Below are positions 39,001-50,124 of a stretch of DNA of 64,000 bases, in pieces (position 1 is the stretch's first letter; every line of letters starts with the position of its first letter). The stretch comes from Chiloscyllium plagiosum (taxonomy: Eukaryota). The notes under the pieces were generated by a model that had not been told where the DNA came from, ran no database searches, and saw only the letters and a program-made list of their open reading frames with translations. The position numbers were made by a program, and so were the translations under genes. The stretch lies in assembly GCF_004010195.1 (NCBI RefSeq), contig NC_057718.1, forward strand, positions 69,649,213-69,713,212, given 5' to 3'.

Positions 39001-39755
39001 TCACCACCATCTTAGTGCCTCTACATTGCTCCGTAATCTGTTTACCTATTTGTTCTTCTACCTCACATATGTTGGGACGCCTGTAGTACTGCCCCAACAA
39101 TGTAACTGCACCCTTAATGCCTCACTGCTCAAGCCCTCCATCGTGTCCTCCTTTAGCACAGCTGTGATATCATCCCTGCAATGCACTCCTCCCACCCCCA
39201 CCCCACCCCCTTTTACTTCCTTCCCTGTCCTGTCTGAAGTGCCTATATCCTGAAACATTTAGTTGCCATTCATGCCCTTCCTTCAACCAAGTCTCTGACT
39301 GCAATAACGTCATACTCCCAGGCACCAATCCAAGCCCTAAGTTCATCTGCCTTATCCACTATACTCCTTGCATTAAAGTATATGCACTTCAGACCACCAG
39401 TTCCTTTGTGTTCATCTGTTCTCTGCTTGCTCTTCCCCCGGTAATGCTAACGTCATGATCCTTACAGCCTCTAGTTTCCGCCTCACTGTCTACTAGTCTT
39501 CTCTTCTGGTTCCCAGCCCCCTGCCACATTAGTTTAAACCCTCCCCAACAGGAACAGCAAAAACTCCCCCAAGGACATTAGTTCCAGTCTGGTTCAGGTG
39601 TAGACCATCCAATTTGTAATAATCCCACCTTCCCCAGAATCGGTTCTAATGTCCCAAAAATCTGAACCCTTCCCTCCTGCACCATCTCTCAAGCCACGTG
39701 TTCATCCTTCCTATTCTTTCATTTTTACCTTGGCACTGGTAGCAATCCTGAGATT
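36045..39755 (-). mobile_element. Near full-length CR1 LINE (ORF1 end, endonuclease, RT, 3' UTR)
   Basis: Minus ORFs VMGDFN..NIDW, KENSKSFYSYIRSKR and DFSKVFDKVTH; SINE inserted at 37041-37366. Confidence 0.85.
37041..37366 (-). mobile_element. HE1-like SINE, young copy
   Basis: A and B boxes, TTAGA tail; possible TSD tggtcat (37034-37040 and 37373-37379). Confidence 0.9.
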
Positions 39756-40219
39756 AACTTAAATATTATGAGGGATCTATCTCTAAATATTGGTTAACTC
39801 AAGACACCTCCATACCTACTATAGTACAAGTTTAGAAATGACCAAACCCAACACCCACACCCCCTCCCCCCCCCACCCCACTGTACACACCTTGACTCTC
39901 TAGACCCATTTGGGGGCTAATTTAAACCATGCATTTCAAAACAAAAAGGACCCAATCTAATGATGTCACAATCCTGGGTTGGGGAATGAAGAGCCCAGCT
40001 CTGATGGGGTTAGATGTGTCATCTCTGAGTCCTGATAGTCTTTGTAATTATATGTGGCTAGCCAAGTTAACTTCTACCTATTGCTACTATGCAATAAATT
40101 ACAATTTGCTATCAAGGCAAGCATCTCTTCTTGTTAAGACTCATGAATGGTCTACCTTTTCCCACTGTTAACCAAACAGACCCTCAGACTGAATACCAAA
40201 AGGAGAATTAGCAAGAAAA

Positions 40220-40573
40220 TCATCCTCTGTGACTGTAACCACGTCCCATCCATACATACTTCAATTTCTCTGTAAAATCCTCTCATTCTTAAAATCCTCC
40301 CTGCCTCTGTCCCTTGTTCCAGTGTCCACAGCATTCCCTATCCCTGTACAACTTCCTCCAGCTACTATAGCCCACCATATCACTAAATTCCACCAATCAC
40401 TATAATATCAGAGAATGGGGTGAAAGCAGGAACAGCATACTGAGTTAGATGATCAGCCATGGTAGGGCAGGCTCGTGTGGCCAAATGGCTGATATTTGCC
40501 CCTCTTTCCTGTGTTTCTCTATAAACTCTATTGCCATAATTTCCTTTAGTCCCCACAACCCTCCCTATCTGTA
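40220..40573 (+). repeat. Degenerate pyrimidine-rich tandem array, left part
   Basis: Repeated variants of ccctatctctgtaac(c/t)tcctccagc...acaaccct; includes a short CR1-type tail at ~40405-40520. Confidence 0.5.
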
Positions 40574-41022
40574 TGAAGGTGTGAAATAAACGGATAAATG
40601 GACAAATGCTAACTATAGAGTGACTTTTAGATTTTGCAAACAACTGCAGAAAAGCTGTTTCTGTTACTGTGCAAAACTGGAGTCTGCAAGCAACTGCAGA
40701 AAGGCTGTTCCAGTTATTGTATAGGCTGTTCCTGTTATTGTGCAAAGTAATCGTGGTGTGCTACCTAACAAACAACACACCTAGCAACAATGGAAACATC
40801 TTGCGACGAACAATGGCCCAGAATGCTCGGCGGTCCTTCCAGAGGAAGGTGAATGTGACACAACATGCAATCAAGTGTATAAAAGACTACTGTAATCTGT
40901 ACCAAACAAGCAGCCTGGTGGAACCACGTTGAGGTGCCTCACTTCTCCCAAAAGCTTCTGGTAAATAAAGCTTAGTCTGATTCACTGCTAAATTCATATT
41001 TTGGTATTATTTTTACCGAACA
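40574..41022 (+). repeat. 5' LTR
   Basis: TG...CA; TATA-like tataaaag at ~40878; aataaa at ~40964; colinear with 44365-44748. Confidence 0.9.
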
Positions 41023-41025
41023 AAT

Positions 41026-41043
41026 TGGTGCTGCGAGCTGGGT
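41026..41043 (+). promoter_or_regulatory. Primer-binding site (degenerate; tRNA-His or tRNA-Phe-like, unresolved)
   Basis: TGGTGC... begins 3 nt after the 5' LTR end. Confidence 0.6.
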
Positions 41044-41839
41044 CCTGTCCACAGGTCCGGACAACATGGCCACAGCGTGAGCACCGGGAGAGGATACCGA
41101 ACAAAGTTAAATGAATTAGACTGCAGTAATTGGTGATCTGTTGAGAGTGAATGTGTGGTGTCTTAGTTGAGTGCAAATGGACAAGGAGATATTTGTTGCT
41201 CGCTCCTAGCCTGAAATGGTTGTTGAGAGGAGTAGCCCCACCATGCAAAGGTCAGGATCCTAAAATAGGAGTGGAGATTGGAAAAAGAACACCAGAGACA
41301 CGAGACTTGGACGCTGTTTGAGATTGTTGCAAGTCCACCTTAGACAAAACTAAGTAAGCGGGATACGGGGACTTGATCACTCCCCATTTCAGTCTCACCA
41401 GATTCTGCTTGGAATGATGCCGAGTTTGAAAACACAAATAAGACGTGGCCAGTGTTTAAACGCGGTTGAGAAATCGGAGGAATCATGAGTATAAACATAT
41501 AATTTATTATGGTGGAACAGGAAGATCAATGGGGACACCCAGGGTCTCTCAGTAATCAATACATGACAGATAGGCATTCACTTATAAAACGGATGAAGGG
41601 GGGCGGGGGGGTGGTGGTGGTGGTGAAGAAATGGGATCCGTCCCAGACGCTAAATAACAGTGAAATTGGGTCTTGAGTGAGAAGAAAGATGGGACCAAGC
41701 AATTTGGGGTCCTTTTGTTGCATCAATTGGCTGGCATTATAGGTCAGACATCAGAACCATCCCTTGTCTGCCACTTTCGCTGAGAATGGCCCCACTGCAA
41801 ACTGATACCCAAAGGCGAGCACACCAGGTAGAAGGCACA

Positions 41840-42900
41840 GGGGGCCATGCCACACGAAAGAAGTCTCTGGATATTGAACAACAAGGTCATGGCCCCCGCA
41901 TGCATCTGATATACTCTTATGCAATTACACCATGGCATCTCCCACGTGGGGTGTGATGCCATGATGACCAGTATTGGAAGGAATTGTAGTGGAAGGGTAT
42001 GGCAGATTTATAGCCTGATTTTGTCACCGCTGTGTGACCCGTGCCCAGCAAAACCCAGACAGGCCCGTTAAAATTAGAATGAGGCACCAGCCATGCCCAA
42101 AGGGCCTGGGGGGCATATATAGATAAATTTTACGGGACCACTCCCTCAATCCCGTGGGAATACTTATTTCCTTGTGATTGTTGACTAATTCACCAGGTGG
42201 GTGGAGGCCTACCCGACTCAGAACTGCTCAGCTAACACTTGCAAAGATTCTAGCTGAGCAAGTGATTCCCAGGTGGAAAGGGTGCTGTTCCAGATTGACT
42301 CTGACCAGGGGACACATTTCACTGGAAGAGCAGTAAAAACCAAATGTCAGCTGATGGGCATTTAAACCAAGATTCCACATACCCTCCCATCCACAAAGTT
42401 CTAGCATGGAGCATATGAACAGGACACTTTAAATCTCCCTTGCTAAGGCCATACAGGACTCTGGCAAGCACTGGATGGATGTCCTGCCTGCAATATTCAT
42501 GCGACTCAAGTCGACCACAAGCCAGTCGACTGGTTTGACCCCTTACGAGTTAATGGTGGGCAGGACAATGCAACCGTCTAATTCCATCATCATGGAGGGA
42601 TCTGATGTTGGCCGTCTCTGCGATAGAATGCATTGCTTCTTGCTCGAGCTACGCGCCGAGCTGAAGGAGATGCGCAAAACATTCAGGGACAAACAGGATG
42701 AACAGAGGCAATCAGAGGATTGTCCCCAGGTCCCATCGGCAGATGGTAAAGTTATGATCAAGACTCGATCCGGTAAAACTGGGTTTGTCCCTAAGTGGAA
42801 TGTCCCTACGAGGTTATCATTAGCGATGACACGTGCACTTGTATTGACATGCTCAGGAAGGGGGTCTGGAAACTCTGGTCCCAACCTAAGGAATATTTGG
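41840..42900 (+). pseudogene. Retroviral integrase pseudogene (gamma/epsilon-like)
   Basis: Frameshifted translation: LHHGISHVG...CHRCVT (HHCC), INFTGPLP..YFLVIVD*FTRWVEAYPT, IDSDQGTHFTG, HPQSS..E.MNRTL, TGLTPYELMVGR. Confidence 0.85.
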
Positions 42901-43095
42901 GCACAGACTGAGGATCCTCACCCTCTGCTTTCTTTTCAGATTGATCTCTCTTGGAGCCTGCTGACATCCTTTGCGTATGCGCAGGTTGTTGTACGTGGAC
43001 CAGGAGCACGGGAAGTTACATGCGGGCAGTATAGCCTTTGGAACATTGTTAACACAGAATGATGAGATAACAGTTTTCTCTACTTGAGTTTAAAC

Positions 43096-44267
43096 ATGTT
43101 TACGATGCCGTATGTGGTCGCGGTGTTCTGTATTGTCATGGTTGCAGGGGTGTCAGGATTAGAGGATAACTTGTTTTACAAGACCCACATACATGGTAAT
43201 CGGACCATGTGCTACCCTCTTGCCCAATCAGTTGAGGCATCGTTCACAGCCACCCTTGCGTGGAACTCCTTTGACCTATACACAGCGGACAGTTTAGACG
43301 CAGGCTGTGTGGACTGAACCAGTAAATACTGTCAAGGTGTATAAGGGAGATGTGTAGAGCTAACAAACTGAAATAGAATACAGTCCCCCAACTGTACAGG
43401 AACTCGGGGAAAGAACAGCACAACATGTTCAAACCCACTAAGTTACCTGCTTTGTTTCTTAGGACAGGGATGGGGGTGCGCATATACTCAAGTCCCGAAG
43501 AACCCCTATTGTGTGCATACACAATGCTCTTGCCAGCATTGCCAAGTGAACAATGGCCTTTTTACATGCACCTGTAAAGAGCAAAGATGCCTAAACATAA
43601 CTGCGTGTTGACAGTTTGTTTGTGGACAATGCAACGGCACAAGTTAGTTCAGCCATTTGGACGTATCCATTTGATACCTGCCAGCTGGTAAGGTCAGGTG
43701 GGACCTCCAGCCAGAAAGATAGTGACCTGAGCCATTAGCAAAGAATTCTGTGCAGACTGGAAGGACCCTGTAACACTGGGATCCTCACGTGGCTATGGGT
43801 TCCTCGGAGCCCTGTCCCTGGGGAAGAGCGGCGGGAGTAATTAGTGCCAAGAATAGGAACTATGTTGTCTGTGGCCTGACCATCCAGGGAAATAGGACAG
43901 TAAAAGGGTTGGATGCCATAAATGAAGAGCTTGCTAAGTCAAGACTCTATGCGCAGCAAACCCACTGTGCCATCGATTACCAGTTAGCCCAGCAGGGTGG
44001 AGTGTGCACTGCTGTAAGGGACAAGTGTATAACACATTACAGATTATTCCTGTAACGTCACCCAAACCTTTAAAGATATAAGATGACTTCAGGCAAGGCT
44101 TCAGGAAAGGGTTTGGTTGGCTCAAACTGGTACTAGGTGGTTTTTGGAGCTTGTACCTTTTATACACTTTGATGTACTTATTATGATTGTTATCACCTGC
44201 TGCATTGTATTGGCTGTTTTTAATTCCATAATAACTGCGCTATTATGCCAGATGCTTCTATGTTGAA
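43096..44267 (+). pseudogene. Retroviral env pseudogene (short SU; TM with heptad repeat, ISD-like segment, CX6C and membrane anchor)
   Basis: Signal-like MFTMPYVVAVFCIVMVAGVSG; ORF 43789-44055 KNRNYVVCGLTIQGNRTVKGLDAINEELAKSRLYAQQTHCAIDYQLAQQGGVCTAVRDKC; hydrophobic stretch at ~44150-44225; splice acceptor ctttcttttcag ending at 42939. Confidence 0.8.
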
Positions 44268-44364
44268 TCACTTGGGAGCCACCCCTTAGTGGTCCTACTG
44301 ATGACCACTGGACGTAACTGGTCTCACCGACATGTTCACATACATCTTGGACCACGGGGAGATC

Positions 44365-44748
44365 TGAAGGTGTGCAATTAAAGGGTTAAATGGAGAAATG
44401 CTGTGCTAACTGTAGAGTGACTTTTAGATTTTGCAAACGACTGCAGAAAGGCTGTTTCTGTTATTGTGCAAAGTAATCGTGGTGTGCTACCTCACAAAAC
44501 AATTTACCCAGCAACAACAGAAACATCTTGCAACGGCCAATGGTCCGCAATGCTCTGTGGTCCTTCCAGAGGAAGGTGACTGTGTCACAATATGCAATCA
44601 AGGATATAAAAGACTACTGTAATCTGCATTAAACGAGAAGCCTGGTTGAACCATGTTTAGGCAACTCATTTCTCCCCAGAGCTTGTTAAATAAAGCTTAG
44701 TCTGATTCCCTGCTAAATTCATATTTTGGTATTTTTAAAATTACAACA
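44365..44748 (+). repeat. 3' LTR
   Basis: Follows the PPT; colinear with the 5' LTR; contains tataaaag and aataaa. Confidence 0.9.
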
Positions 44749-45990
44749 TGTGTAACCTACTCAAGCTCTGACAGTGCTCCCTGTCACAGTAACCTCTGCG
44801 TTCAAATCAGAGGGCACTCCATATACGCCAAACCTACTCCAATACCTCTAACCCTCCTGACCTTTGTAACTTCCTTCAGTATCTAAAGCTCCTCCAATTG
44901 CTACGTCTGTCCCTGTCTTTGTAACATCATCCTGCACCTCGAGTCCTCCTGATTGCTGAAACCTCTTCAGGCACTCTCTCTATTTCTATTACTTTCTCCT
45001 CCTCTTAGAAACCTGCGTATCTGCATGATCCCCTACAAACCCCCCCAACTCTAACCTCTACTAGCCTCGATAACCCTCCCTACATCTGTAATCTCTTCTA
45101 ATCCCTTCAGCACCTTCTATAACTGCAAACTCCCATATCCATCCTCATTTGCGAAATGTATCCTAGTTTTTACAATGTCAGAATTTGAAGCCCACTCTCG
45201 CTCTAATCTCCAAACTTCTTCAGCCGCCACAACCATCCATATCTCTTTTAGCTCCTTCAATCCCTTTAAGCTTTCCATTCTTGCATAAATTAACACCTTA
45301 AACACTTTTCAGTGTATCTTACTACAGTCCCTAAAACCTTTCCTCTCTGTAAACTGCTCCAACCCCCATCCACTATCACCATAAATTCCTGCAGCCCCTA
45401 AACCCCTTTTTGTGTAATTTCTTCCAGTCCTGACAAAACACCCTATAATCTTCCCTAGTTGGGTAATACCCTCAAGTTCCTGCAGAATTCCTGATTGGCA
45501 GCATCTGGTGCAAACCATGTGACTCTCCAGTACCTATGAGACTCACTTTCAACGTCAGCTCATCTAGTCTCTACATCCGTCTACTTATCTCCATATCTTT
45601 CTCCAGCTCTTACAACCTTGTCTACGTAAACTTCGCCCTTCCCTACAATCCTGTCTGCCTTAGGAACCTCTTCCAGCCATACAATGCTCCCTATCTGTGC
45701 AACTGTGTCCTGAAAACCTGCCAGACTCCACAACCTTCCTATCTGTGTAACTTCCTGAAGTTACGAGCCTTCTTATATCTGTAAACTTCTTCAGTCACTA
45801 GAACCCTCCATATCTCTTTCACTACATACAATACTCTTTTCCCAAAAACACCCCTGTCTTTTTCCGTCGCTGGCTGACTCTGTACCTCTCTCTTGCTCCC
45901 TACACCCATCCCTATTGCGGGAATCTAATCCAACCCCCTCTATCTCTAACTTCCTCAAATCTCTATAGTCCTTTCACCCACTAACATTTG
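44749..45990 (+). repeat. Degenerate pyrimidine-rich tandem array (units of roughly 35-40 bp), right part
   Basis: Many variants of ...ctccctatctgtgtaac(c/t)tc(c/t)tccagcc..acaaccc..., strongly C/T-skewed on +. Confidence 0.65.
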
Positions 45991-46016
45991 CAACCACTTG
46001 CAACTATCCTTATACA

Positions 46017-46335
46017 CAGTGGTTCAGTGGGTGGCACTGCTGCTTCACAGCACCAGAGACTTGCGTTCAATTCCACTCTCGGGCAACTCTGTGGAGTTTG
46101 CATGTTTTCCCCATGTCTGCATGTGTTTCCATCAAATGCTCCAATTTCCTCCCACAGTCCAAAGATGTTAGGTGGACTAAATTACCCATAGTTGTCAGGG
46201 ATGTGTAGGTTAGGTGCATTAGCCATGGGCAATGCAGGATTACAGGAAAGGGCTAGAGGAATGGGTCCGGTTGGGATGTTCTTTGGAGGGTTGGCATGAA
46301 CATGTTGGGCCAAATTGCCTGTTTCCACACTGTAG
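46017..46335 (+). mobile_element. Older HE1-like SINE
   Basis: Degenerate A/B boxes, core gtggagtttgcatgtt, end gcctgtttccacactgt. Confidence 0.75.
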
Positions 46336-48081
46336 AGATTCCATTAAAAGAAAGGTTGGTGGCAGTAGTTGCCACCAGCTGCCAGTTAGTTCAGCAGACA
46401 TACATTAGTCACTGCTCATCTCAAAATGGCCAGTTTCAAATGCGCATAAGAAAAGATGGTTTTATTCCAGGAATATGTATTCACAATCTCCTCAGTCACA
46501 TGATATTAGACCCGAAATGACTAACCGCAGCTCTAAAGCACAGCTGAGTAAAGATTAAAACTGCATGGTGCTGTAATCCTTGAGAATACAGTTCCAAATC
46601 ACAAGTCAGTGAAGAACTGAAGCTGCATTAAAAAAGCAGGCCAGGAAGCTACCATGGTGAGCTGATTGGCTTTTGATGACAGAAGAGACATTTCCCAGTG
46701 ATGTAGGCCAATCTAACACACACTGATCCAGCAGGAAATAATCTGCCAATTCAGGTCCCAAACAAAAGCCAAGAAGTTGGATGTCATTACGGGGCTTCCC
46801 ACGGTGTTCAGCAAATCACTTGAATGATTTGCCTCCATTAAGTAATTGGTTTGCGGAGATCTGTAAACATAATCGCATTGGAGGTATGTACATGTTGTCA
46901 AATGCAAATCCAGAAAGGGAGGCGTGGGTTGAGGAGGATTAATGACAGATCAGTAGTCTAAAACATAAAATCATACACTTCCAACATTTTCTATTCCAAG
47001 TTCCAATTTCTAGTAAGCACTAGCTTTTCTTCCTGTCACAGCCATTTGATTTGTTGGTATATCTTTCCACTTTGAAGGAGCTTTAACTATCAAAACTTAG
47101 CTTAAATTTATTTTTCCTTTCTTTCATATGGATTATTTGTTGCAGCTTGAGCATTCCCGAAAGGCAACATAAATCACAGAGTTTAACTTGCTATTGAACT
47201 GCTGAAATTGTAATTTCCTGATTGTTATCTGCATATATTGACATTTCTACTTCTAATACTAACAGACTATTGAGAGTAAAACAACAAATTCATCTCAAAA
47301 TTAGCGACAACTGTTCGTATGCAAGTCAGCAACTATTGGACACAATGTCGAATTTTCTCGACCAAATTCTGGAAAAGTCAGTTGGTTTCAAAAGTCAGAA
47401 AAGTCTTGGTTGTATGAGGTAATGGTTCTTAAAGGGTTTATGTTCATGTTCCACTGACTCCATCTACTCAACTGATGTCACATTGTGCAAGAGTGGAGAC
47501 AATGAGTTCGATTCTAGGAGGGAGCAGATGCCTCTGTACCAGCTCTTAATACCTGACCGAGAACAGTTGAACTTATTGCTATTATGCAGTAAATGTTATC
47601 AAGAACAGTCCCTCTTCCATAGATACTCTATTAGTGGCAAATCCTCTACCTCTAATCACCAGATAGGCCCAAGGCAAAAACAAAGAGAAATGGCAGTAGC
47701 AAACTATCCCCAACAACTCTTACCTAGTCCCATATACTGATCAAAGTAGAAAATTCAACAAAATGTCAGAGTGGTCACCTCAGAAAGTACTGCACTCATT
47801 ATCCAGAAACCATCGCTCAGATCCTTGGATCAGGGTTAGAAACTCAACATAGACTAAATGCACACAGCATAACAAATAAATCCGCAAAGAAGTTACAGGA
47901 ATGAGTCAATAAAATACATAACAACACAGAGGAACTATAAAAAGTAAAATAAGGAATTTAAAGAAACACAATAAAATATTTGAGAATTACATAAATAGTA
48001 AAATGGCAAGTTGCAACAAAAATACATTGAAGTGTGAATTAAATAATTATTTCTCTTCAATGTTTACCAGGGAGATTGATC

Positions 48082-48612
48082 AGAGTAGAAAAGTGTGCTG
48101 GAAAAGCACAGACGGTCAGGCAGCATCTGAGGAGCAGGAGAGTAGATGTTTCGAACACGGGCTCTTCATCAGGAATGAGGGTTGGGGGTGGGGGGGACAC
48201 CAGATTCCTCATTTTCCCATCCCACCACCCTAAATTGCCATATCACTGATCTAACCCTCCAACTCAGCACAGCCCTCTTGATCTGTCCTATCTATCTTCC
48301 TTCCCACCTATCTGCTCCACCAATCTCTCTGACCAATCACCATCATCCCCACCTTCACCTACCTATCGCATTCACAGCTACCTTCCCCCCCCCACCCCCT
48401 CCCTCCCCCGACCCACTTCCCTTCCCCTCTCCACACACGGACCCCTCCCCATTTATCACTCAGCCGCTCCGGGGCACCCTCCCTCATTCCGGATGAAGAG
48501 CTCATGCCCGAAATGTTGATTCTCCTGCTCCTGGATGCTGCCTGATCTGCTGTGCTTTTCCAGCACCATACTTTTCAACTCGGATCTCCAGCATCTACAG
48601 TCCTCACTTTGT
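48082..48612. mobile_element. Penelope-like fold-back element (family A) with a C-rich internal segment and 15-bp TSD
   Basis: Inverted arms; HHR-like cores on both strands (gctcttcatcagg and ccggatgaagagctcatgcccgaaatg); TSD ccagggagat(t/a)gatc at 48067-48081 and 48613-48627. Confidence 0.8.
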
Positions 48613-48667
48613 CCAGGGAGATAGATCACCTGAACATGACAACTGAAAATAAGGTAAGAAGTATGCG

Positions 48668-48962
48668 TGGCATGGTGGCACAGCGGTTGGCACTGCTGCC
48701 TCACAGCGCCACAGACCCGGGTTCAATTCCTGTCTCAGGCAACTGTCTGTGTGGAGTTTGCACATTCTCCCTGTGTCTGCGTGGGTTTCCTCCGGGTGCT
48801 CCGGTTTCCTCCCACAGTCCAGGTGAATTGGCCGTGCTAAATCGCCTGTAGTGTAAGGGGTAAATGTAGGGGAATGGGTCTGGATGGGTTGCTCTTTGGA
48901 GGGTCAGTGTGGATGTGTTGGGCCGAAGAACCTGTTTCCACACTGTAAGTAATCTAATCTTA
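48668..48962 (+). mobile_element. HE1-like SINE with a small internal deletion
   Basis: A box tggcacagcgg, B box ggttcaattcc, tail aatctaatct. Confidence 0.85.
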
Positions 48963-49194
48963 AAAAAAAGTTATATAACTGCATTTAAACAAGTGAATTA
49001 CAGAAAATTATAAAACACTTGGTCCAGACAATTTGTGCCAGAGTATTTCGAAAGAACTTACAGAAGACTAAGGTAACAACACCATTGCAAATATTTAAGA
49101 ATACATTAGAAAAGATGCAGTGTTAGTGGACTGATGATTGATTAACTCTAGGCTCATATTTGAGAACAGTTCAATTATAGATCCAGAATTCCTG

Positions 49195-49467
49195 TAGTAT
49201 GGAAACAGCCAACCCCTTGAAGAGTAACCCACCAGACCCATTCCCCTACTCTAGTATCCTATAATTTCCCTGACCAATACACCTAACCTCCACATTCCTG
49301 AACATTATGGCAATTTCACCTCACCTTCAGGTCTTTGGATTATGGAATGAAACCCACGTTTGCAGAATGCGCAAACTCCACACAGACAGTCACCCGAGGC
49401 TGGAATCGTACCCAGGTCCCTGGTACTGTGAGGCAGCAGTGCTAATCACTGAACAACTGTGCTGCCC
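49195..49467 (-). mobile_element. Older HE1-like SINE
   Basis: gcaaactccacacagacagtcacccgagg...tgtgaggcagcagtgctaa is the reverse complement of the SINE head and core. Confidence 0.75.
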
Positions 49468-49559
49468 AGGGTTTAACTGCAATGATAGCAAAAATAATAG
49501 AATTCTTATGAGATAAATCTTTTAAATAAAAAAATGGAGAAACCAAAGATAGAATTAGA

Positions 49560-49880
49560 GTGGCACGGTGGCTCAGTGGTTAGCACTGCTGCCTCCCAGC
49601 ACCAGATGCCTGGGTTCGATTCCAGTCTCAGGCAACTATCTACGTGGAGTCTGCACATTCTCCCCATATCTGCGTAGGCTTCCTCCGGGTGCTCCGATAT
49701 CATCCCACAATCCAAGGATGTGCAGGTTAGGTGAATTGGCCATGTTAAATTGCTCATAGTGTCCAGGGGTAAATGTGGAGTAATAGGGGAAGGGGTCTGG
49801 GTGGGATACTATTCAGAGGGTCGGTGTGGACTTGTTGTGCCGAAGGGCCCGTTTCCACACTGTCGGGATTCTAATTCTAA
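49560..49880 (+). mobile_element. HE1-like SINE
   Basis: tggcacggtggctcagtggttagcac, ggttcgattcc, tail ttctaattctaa. Confidence 0.85.
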
Positions 49881-50124
49881 AAAAAAACAAATGAATAATG
49901 AAAGCAAACTGTTGATGCTGGTGTTCCGAAATAAAACCAGAAAATGCTGGAAAAACTCAGATCTGGCAACACCCACGGAGAGAGAAACACAATTCTTTGT
50001 TCGAGTCCAACATGTCTTATTCAATTGTTCCAAAGTTGAGTCATATCAGACTCGAAACGTTAAGTCAGTTTTTCTGTCCATAAATGCTACCAAAACTGCT
50101 GAGATTCTCTAACACTGTCTATAG

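Larger units (their letters stand above)
40574..44748 (+). mobile_element. Defective endogenous retrovirus: LTR - PBS - (no gag/pro/RT recognised) - integrase - env - PPT - LTR
   Basis: Paired LTRs starting tgaaggtgtg and ending ...aaca; PBS-like tggtgctgcgagctggg at 41026; PPT ggggaga at 44356-44362; flanks tgta / tgtg (imperfect 4-bp TSD). Confidence 0.9.

Noticed and set aside
44749..45990. Repeat array considered as CRISPR-like
   Set aside because: Vertebrate context, degenerate units with no constant repeat/unique spacer structure, and no cas genes.
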